A stretch of 64,000 nt of DNA from the human T2T-CHM13v2.0 reference genome, Homo sapiens, in NCBI RefSeq assembly GCF_009914755.1, contig NC_060927.1; one strand, given 5' to 3'. Shown piece by piece: positions 56,111 through 64,000 of this stretch. The position numbers were made by a program, and so were the translations under genes. How positions within the stretch are numbered: the stretch's first letter is position 1; every line of letters starts with the position of its first letter. The notes beneath the pieces were generated by a model. That model was not told where the DNA came from. It worked only from the letters and a program-made list of their open reading frames with translations, and searched no databases.

Positions 56111-56489
56111 CCATGGTGAACATTTTTCTTGGTGCTGAATAAAAAGAAGTTTCATTCTGAGAGACGCCTCAAAGAAAAGATATTGGGTACTTGATAAACA
56201 ATGTCTTTAATCTTAATTTGACAAAAACACAGAGCATTTTTCTGGGTGAATGGTTCTTACGTAAATGAAATATCAAATTCTAGCTTGGCAACGGCATGTC
56301 TGTGGGGAACTAAAACAGCCCAGGCCAGACATTTTGGTTTCTGATGACCTTGCTAAATAAGAGGACAGAGCTTAGGGGATCCAGGAAAATGGGGAGCTAG
56401 CATGTTCCAGCTGTCTCTCTCAAATTGCTCATGTCTTGAGCAGACCTGTGGGAAAGGCTGGGTCTCTGTCTATTTGTGCTGGATTCTCT

Positions 56490-57037
56490 AGACTGCAACT
56501 AGAATGATCTTTCTAAAATGCAAATCTGAGCATGACATTCTCCTGCTTAAAAACCCTTATTAAAGGCTGCACATTGCCTTCGGGAAAAAGTCCAAGATTT
56601 TTAATTTGTTCCTTTATGATTAAGCCCTCACATGCTGGCCTCATCTACCTCTCTCTTCTTCTTCCCAAACTCTGTGGTCTAGTCATACTGAGATACTTTT
56701 AGCCCCCCAGTGAACCCTCTTCCTACCTACTGACATTTCTTCATTCTGCTTCTTCCTCTAAGTATGTCCTCTCTTTCGCTGCTCCCTCCCCATGCCATCT
56801 GAGCATGGCCTACAACTATTCACATTTTGGGAACCAAATCAGACTTTTCCTTCCCCTGGAAAGCCTTCTCTGTGTCAGTCCTAGACTGAGATGACCTCAG
56901 CAACTGGGCTCATTTGCATACTGGCACTCCCGCTGCCCCACCCTGGGGCATCTTGTGTCTTTTCACATTGGGCTCATTCATTTCTCTGCCAAAGTCTCAG
57001 GACAGCTACCATGTCTAAGGTGTTTGTTGGATGAATC
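56490..57037 (+). mobile_element. L2 LINE 3' region
   Basis: AGAATGATCTTTCTAAAATGCAAATCTGA.CATG.CA.TC.CCTGCTTAAAA...GTTTGTTGGATGAAT. Confidence 0.75.
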
Positions 57038-57265
57038 AGTTGATATAATCAATAAATTAAGCGTATTGAGCAAGAAGTGTCTTCACTGAAAGAAATTTCC
57101 ATAAGTTTCAGTTACTAGATGTACAGGTAGAAAAGATAACAGCTTGTCGTAGAAGCCTGAATTCTGAGTTAAATTTTGCCCTAGACGTAGGGATTAAGCT
57201 ATGGACAAAAATAATGTATTGATTCAAAATGGGCTGAAATTCAGTCACTGAAAGATGGTATCACC

Positions 57266-57570
57266 AGCCAGCCACCGTGGCTCATGCCTGTAATCACAGC
57301 ACTTTGGGAGGCTGAGGGAAGCAGATCGCTTGAGCTCGGGAGTTCAAGACCAGCCTGGGCAACAAGGTGAAAACCCATCTCCACCAAAAATACAAAAAAT
57401 TAGCCAGGAGTGGTAGTGCGTGCCTGTGGTCCCAGCTACTGGGGAGGCTGAGGCACAAGAATCACTTCAGCCAGGAGGCAGAGGTTGCAGTGAGCCAAGA
57501 TCACACCACTGCACTCCAGCCTGGGCAACAGAGTAAGATCCTGTCTCAAAAAAGGAAAAAAAAAAAAAAA
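57266..57570 (+). mobile_element. Alu (AluJb/AluSz6-like)
   Basis: Dimer with an A tail and 15-bp TSD AAAGATG(G/A)TATCACC (57251-57265 and 57568-57582). Confidence 0.92.
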
Positions 57571-58009
57571 GATGATATCACCTAAACTAGCTGGACCAGC
57601 AGCCTCTGAGCCTGGAAGCTGTAATTTCACCCAGGAAGGCAACTGGCCAGGGCACCTATGAGACAGAGGAACTGATGGTCCTGCTCCCATGACCCGGTAT
57701 GGGCTAAGTCCCGAGGTTGGGGAGAAGAAACCACCGCTACTTAGATTTTGGACATGAGAGCAGGGGACAAGATCTGTCAATGCTCACATTTATTTCAAAC
57801 TTTATTTTGCTCATTGTAGCACAGGAAGTCATCTTGTGGGTCTATTCCTAGCTCAGTCTCCAGAACTACGTGCAGAGTGGTCCAGAGAACACATACATCT
57901 TGTACACTGGACGGAATGCCAATTTCCCAACTTCTCAATTCCTGGTCTCCCAAATGCCAGTTGGGCAAGGAGGCACAATTTGCTAGAGCCCCAAAGTAGC
58001 CATCGAAGG

Positions 58010-58205
58010 CTCAGAATTGCTCTAGTGTCCTCTAGCTCGGGGGTCCTGTCACCTTGGGGCATATCTCCACCTCTCTGAGCCTGAGGTTTCTAATCTGCAA
58101 AATGGTGATAAAGATAGCCGCCCTGCATACCTTGAGGGTTGTCATAAGGATCAAATAAGATAATGGCTGTGAAAGAGCTTTGAACACTATAAAGTGCCAT
58201 GGAAA
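58010..58205 (+). mobile_element. MIR SINE
   Basis: ACCTTGGG...ACCTCTCTGAGCCTGAGGTTTCTAATCTGCAAAATGG.GATAA...AGGGTTGTC...AGGATCAAAT. Confidence 0.8.
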
Positions 58206-61020
58206 TTCGAGAGAGTGTGATTAAGAGAGCGGCTGCTCCCATACTTACTTCAAAGGGGAGAAACAGGGTGGAGAAGGCTGACATGTTCTGCTTTTGAAGT
58301 GCACAAGAGCAGCTCTCAGCAGAGAAAAAACAGCATTGCTGCTTAAAAGGCAACTTTCAAAACAACCATTTTCTCTCTGAAGGGAGAATATAGTTCGGAG
58401 TACTTCAAAGGTTGGGGAAAATTTCCAGAAAAAAAAAAATGACGTTCTCAATCCAACTTTTAGTCAAGTCAGAGTTATTAAAAAAAAAAAAAAAAACCTT
58501 CAGAACTCTTCACTTATTTAAAAAGAATTTTAATGCATTTAAAAATTAAAAACTGCTAAGAGGGGCAGACAAAGGCGCAGTTTCCCATTCCTTAGGATCG
58601 CACTGCGGAGGGTGGACGTGATGACTCTGCCCATCGTTCACTGCTTCCTCTGATTAAACATTCTCTCTGAGGCTTTCCTCCCTGCCCTGATAAATTTCAT
58701 ACCAAGAATAAGTCACCAGGAATAGGCCCTTATCTTCTCCTATCCACCTCTGACACCTAGCTATCAAACACTGTGAGATTATTTATTCGGTTTTTCTTTC
58801 ACCCTCCTTTAAATATGGCAGCCTGCAAAAGATCAACTTCAAGAAGCCAGAGAAGAATTACAATATCCTACTTAAAGGGAAAAAGCAAACCCACCTGCAA
58901 GCAAAAGAAACTCCCTTTTAAAACAACCAAATACTGAAATAAATAAAGCTCTAGCCTTCATTCTAGTGGGCAGGGAATAGCAATACAGGAGTACCTGGCC
59001 ATGATACCTGGGAGGTGAGCCAACTGGAACTTGGCCAAACCTGTATGGAAATGTAGCCATGTCTTCTTTCCAGCACCCTGTCCCTTTCTGCTACCAGCAT
59101 TGTGCTGAGAAAGCAACCTGGAACTAAAATTCCTAAGGTCCCAAGAAACCAGGCTTGCCCCTCAACTCTACCCTTGAGGGACTGTCTAATCCCCTGTGGC
59201 CGTCTCAGCAATGTAGTTACTGAGACATATGGCTTATTTTCCCCATAGATTGTATCTACACTTATAGAACATGATCAAATTGGATCTCTCTTAGGCAACA
59301 TACAATGCTCAGATGGGTGTTCACGTGTTCTACTCTTACTAAGCATGCACAATCAGACAGGGGGAAGGGTTGTTCAGGAGAAGGTCCCGAAAGAATTCAC
59401 TCTTCCGAAAGAGGTGACCCACAGAAAGGAAGCTCTTTTCTCTCTATACCCCCCACTAGCTCCAGCCTCAGAGTTTATTTTTGCAAAGGGCTTTGAAGGC
59501 AGAAGTTAAAGAAATCTCAGTGGTCTGAAGTCAGAGAAAGGCAGCTGCCAAGGGAAGATTAGTCCCGAGGAAGGGAGAAAGAAGGCCCACAAGCAGGGTG
59601 ATGTCATAGAAGGAGAGGCTGTCTAAGCCCCCAGCTCTTCTATCGCAGTTTTAAGCAACCCCATTTAATTAAAGTTGTGCCTCTTGCTGGCATGAGAGCA
59701 GTGGAAGTGTCAGTTGCTTGTCAGGAGCTCCTTTGCCTGGAGCACAGATCGGAGTACCCCTGGCTGAGTGCCAGGCTTCATCTCCAGCACAGATGGGAAG
59801 GCCAGGGGTAATCACCCCGCCCTGGTCAGTCGCCTTCCTGAGTGAAATTACAGAAAAGTAGAAGACAGCACTCCATCAGATTCTTATTCAGCACCACTTC
59901 CAGAGAAGTAATGAGGACAATTAAGCATAACGTTCTGATTTGGGCATAAGGTTCTGATTTGTGCAGGAAGGCTGCCCCAAACCTTCCCACTCCATGGATT
60001 GCTGTGTAGGAGAGTAAGCCTGAGATGGAAGCATGCTGTGAACTGGTCCCTCCCCGGTGACCCACAGGCCTTCAGCTCCACAAGGTGATGAAACTGTCTG
60101 AACTCTACAGGGCATACACAGGAAGGGGTTTTCCCCCAATCTTTACCTTCAGTTGTGCTTTGTCAAGTCTCCCCTTCTCACCTGTCAAGTGTATCTTGGG
60201 AAATCCTAGGCTCTCTGGTCAATTTGGTCTAGATTGCAAATTTGGATTTCACCTTCCTTATTATGGGCCAGGCTTTGGCCATGGAGACTTGAAGTAGGGA
60301 GGAGAGAGCACTGTCTGTCCTCTCACTCATTCCCGTATTTCACACCTGGCACTGAGGAGAGTATAGCCTCCCCCAGGGTGTGTCAGCCAGTGGTCAGTGT
60401 GCTCAACACCCTTCCTGATAGTATTACCCTCTCTTGGGGTCCACCTATGCAGCTGTAGACCTGATGTCTATCATTCATTCTCTCTGTGCTCCAAAGAGAC
60501 CATCTAAGACCACTTCTGTGTGTCTGAGGACCACTGGCAAATGGAAGGTGCCCCATCAGCTTTTGAGGCAAACCAGTACACAGTTTCTCCAGTGCAGGTC
60601 CCTTGGAAAAGCCCTTTTCTTCAGCCTGGAAAGAGGTTCTATTATATCACCCTCCTATCATGCCTAGCTACCCATTTTGTAGACTAAGAAATTCAGATTC
60701 AGTCAGTAAGCACAAGATACCGTAGTGTCATGAAGAAATCTACAGGAAAGGCAGATCAGAATGCTTTGCTGAGTGTGCAATTTGTAAGAAGTTGGTACTT
60801 TAGAAATCACAGATCACTATCTGTGTCTCTGAAGTTATTGGGGGAAACATGGCACTGTGGCAACAGTCTGACCAGGATCAGCATGCATCTGGCAAAAAGT
60901 GAATGTTTCCTTGGGCTTGCATACATTTTGGTGATGATAATGATAATAATAATAAGAAAAATAACAAGGATTTATTGAGCATGATATATCAGACACCTCT
61001 TATAACCTCCTTCACATCTT

Positions 61021-61478
61021 TGTAGCCTTTTTGCTCCAGCGTTCATTGGGACAACCACCTTTTCTAACCTGATGGCACCTTGCTTCAGCTGCACCTTGTC
61101 TCTCTTGCTTTGTGTGGGGTAATTTAGGAACCTGTTGGCATTTCTGTATGCTGTCAGAAGGTATGAGAATGTTAACACACAAGAAGGCCATCCTTGGCCA
61201 ATGGACATTGATAAATGCTCGCTTCTTCATGCCTCAGGTGGACAATTCCAAGATGCATGGCTTTGCATAAGATTCCAGCAGGAATGAGCCCCAGTTGCCA
61301 ACAGTGGTGACCAACTCAAGACAGTCCCATGTATTGGCCTTCCCTCCTTCCTGCTTCAGTCCTCTCAGGACCAGTATGTGAGTCTCCTGGCTCCCATTTT
61401 TATTTTCTGCCTTATCTTCTCATGAAAATTTTCTGCCTGCCAGTCTACCCCAGGCTCCAGAGGGGACCTAGGCTAGAT
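61021..61478 (+). mobile_element. LTR16-family ERVL solo LTR, inserted into a minus-strand MIR (about 60945-61020 and 61490-61610)
   Basis: CCTCAGGTGGACAATTC...CCAGCAGGAATGAGCCCCAGTTGCC.ACAGTGGT...TGTATTGGCCTTCCCTCCTTCC. Confidence 0.7.
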
Positions 61479-63399
61479 TGATGAACCACATTTAGTCAGT
61501 GTACTTTATGTGGATTATTTGCTTTAGCCCTCAAGCAAACCTAAGAGGTAGGTACTATTTTATCCCCCTTTGTGGATCAAGAAAGTGAAGTACAGGTAGG
61601 GTTGAGTAACAGAAGCAGAGTGCCCTAGGGAGGGATTGGTGACTCCAGTAAACTCAGGTGAGAACCCATCCCCCACCTGGAGGGCTGTGTTTGCTTCTGG
61701 ACTCTGACGCCATCACAGGGAGGTATCCTTAGGAAGCCTCAGGAACAATGAGGGAACCAAAACCAAGCCTTAGGAGAGAGAATTGGAGGAAATAAATGGC
61801 TGAGCCCAGAAAACATTCAGAAGGCACATGAGAGCAGTCTTCCTTTCAGGACTCCATGCCAAAGAGGGGATGATTTGTCCCGAGTCAGTCGGGAAGACAG
61901 AACAATCACACTACAGGGAGGCCGGTTTTTGCTCCATGTAAGACAGAACTTTCTGACAGAGCTGCCCAACGACAGAATGAGTAACCCTGGCAGACTGCAC
62001 ACCTGATGCTGCAGGTGAGAGAGCTGAGGGTGTGTGGATTGCCATTTAACGAGAATGCTGTAAGGAGAATCATATGGGGGAATTAGATCAGATTAGAGTA
62101 GTATTCTAATTTTTAGCTCTCTTCATTCACCAGTCTAAGATAGCCTGCATCATGGCAATCCCTGGTGCTCCTTTGAATTCATGCTGCTCTTACAGCCACT
62201 AAGAGGTGAGATTTCACAGGGTATGGGGGAGCCAAATGTCTTTCTAAACTAGAAATACCCTGCTGTTTCATGAATGAATAAAAAGGTTTGTTCTGCTAAG
62301 TAAAATGTAAAAGTGGAATCCTTTCTCGAGATTAATTTCTATTCTCCGTAGTACTTCAAACAGGGATGGGTACAAAAAACATTCCCAGAAATGCCCATAG
62401 TATGCAACTGGGTTGACATAGTTATCAGACTTAAGCCATCCGTTAGCTCCAAATTGGCTTGATTCCTCATCTGCAAAAAGCCAGTTCTGCCCCAAGTCCT
62501 CTGTGATGGGCTTGTAGCATCTTCCTGACTATAGAAGTCACTATCCTCAAAACCAAATGGAGACTCCGCAGATGCACAGAAGGAGCCTGGAGTCAGAGAC
62601 AGGGCAGATGTGGAACCAACCCAAGAAATGGGTCAGTGGACCTGCTGAATAGATTGTTCCTGACCTTTTGGGGGCTGTGAGGGCTGAGTGGATGGATGAA
62701 AGGCTTTCTGCTGGAAGCTGAGTTGTCAAGACTGCACTCCACCCACAGACACAAGATGTAGAAGGGTTGTTGTCACTAACCTTGCCCTTGCTATGTAAAT
62801 TACACATGCATGGAGAGAGTTGGGCTGGAAGGGAGCCCCTTACCTCTATTCAGATTCTCAGAGAGAAGTGGTTTAGAAAACATGCAGTTTGTTGGAGGAT
62901 TTAAGGAAATGAATGAATGAAGGGCCAGGTTGGGAGAAGCCCAGTCCTCATTGTGTACTCTATCCCTCCTCTAAGTCCACTGACTATATACAACCAGGAA
63001 GAGTGGCCTCTGGCCCTTGGTGAGCCCCAGTTTCTGGAGGAAGAGACCCAGATTATGAGGAAGTCTGAGCAAGGAGCAAATACATCAGTGAAGGTTTTGG
63101 GGCCACAAGCTGCCTCAGCTCCAGCTCGGCAATGCTCAGAATGGAGGAAAGATCCTCATCAATCAAGAACATGGTCCAGGAGGGTGTTGTCCTCAGACTA
63201 AACGGATGCCCTGGGAGAGTTGGACCCCTCCCAACCTCATCATGCCAAGAGGGAAAGGATATGCACCTGGGCTCCTCCCAGTTCTGCTTGTCTCCACTGC
63301 AGCTCAAGGCCTGGACGGCTGCAGCAGCTTCCCCAGGATCTCCCTGTTTCCTCACCTGGCTCGGGGCCCAACCACTCTCCACATGGCAGCCAGGAAGAA

Positions 63400-63630
63400 C
63401 ATGGGTGTTTATCAGACTGTGTCACTTACAATCAAGTCCAGACTCCACACCACAGCCTGTGAGGCCTTGTGTCATCAGCCCCTGCCCTTCTCTCTGGCTT
63501 CCCTCACCACACTCCAGCCACATAGCACAGTTCCTGCTTCCTGCCTATGAGTGCTTGTCCATGCAGTTCTCTCTACCCAGAGCATGCACTCCCCATTCTT
63601 CATGTAGCTGCTCTTTCTCATCCTTCAGGA
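63400..63630 (+). mobile_element. L2 fragment (continues after the Alu)
   Basis: AAGTCCAGACTCC...AGGCC...CACTCCAGCCACA...TTCTCATCCTTCAGG.CTCAG. Confidence 0.6.
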
Positions 63631-63636
63631 CTCAGG

Positions 63637-63938
63637 TTTTTTTTGTTTTGTTTTGTTTTGTTTTTTATTGAGATGGAGTCTCACTCTGTTCTGGAGTGCA
63701 GTGGCATGATCTCAGCTCACTGCAACCTCCACCTCCCAGTTCAAGTAATTCTCCTGCCTCAGCCTCTAGATAGCTGGGACTACAGGCATCCACCATCACA
63801 CCCGGCTAATTTTTGTATTTTTAGTAGAGACAGGGTTTCACCATATTGGCCAAGCTGGTCTCTAACTCCTGACCTCGTGATCTGCCCACCTTGGCCTCCA
63901 AAGTGCTGGGATTATACGCGTGAGCCACCGCGCCTGCC
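63637..63938 (-). mobile_element. AluS (AluSg-like)
   Basis: Dimer with CACCATATTGGCCA.GCTGGTCTC..ACTCCTGACCTCGTGATC; TSD TCAGG(A/G)CTCAG. Confidence 0.92.
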
Positions 63939-64000
63939 TCAGGGCTCAGTTTGAAGCCTCCTCCTAAGAGTCCTCCTTTGACCTCTGAAGCTAAAGAGAC

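Noticed and set aside
62917-63954. 179-aa and 135-aa ORFs
   Set aside because: They run through L2 and antisense Alu sequence, giving typical Alu-derived pseudo-peptides.

Overview
Primate (human or great-ape-like) nuclear DNA, about 41% GC by eye, with no CpG island and no host exon I can support. It looks intergenic or deep intronic and is dominated by transposable-element fossils: Alu, MIR, L2, L1 of several ages, ERVL/MaLR/ERV1 LTR elements, and MER DNA transposons. The only recognisable coding sequence is retroelement-derived: L1 ORF2 in a 5'-inverted L1PA2-like copy (15270-18256), other L1 fragments, and a decayed ERVL gag-pro-pol (about 50090-54330, minus). The most unusual structures are: (1) a composite LTR8/ERV1-MLT1H-MSTA block with a long flanking duplication, embedded in an older L1MA, which looks like a retrocopied chimeric LTR transcript; (2) a perfect 14 x 31-bp palindromic minisatellite built from local sequence inside a young L1; (3) an inverted duplication with a 77/78-identical core; and (4) two unexplained long inverted repeats in non-repeat DNA (396-549 and 6951-7286). 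I see no evidence for a new multi-gene system. Repeat subfamily names come from remembered consensus sequences and old-element boundaries are approximate; both need RepeatMasker/Dfam confirmation.
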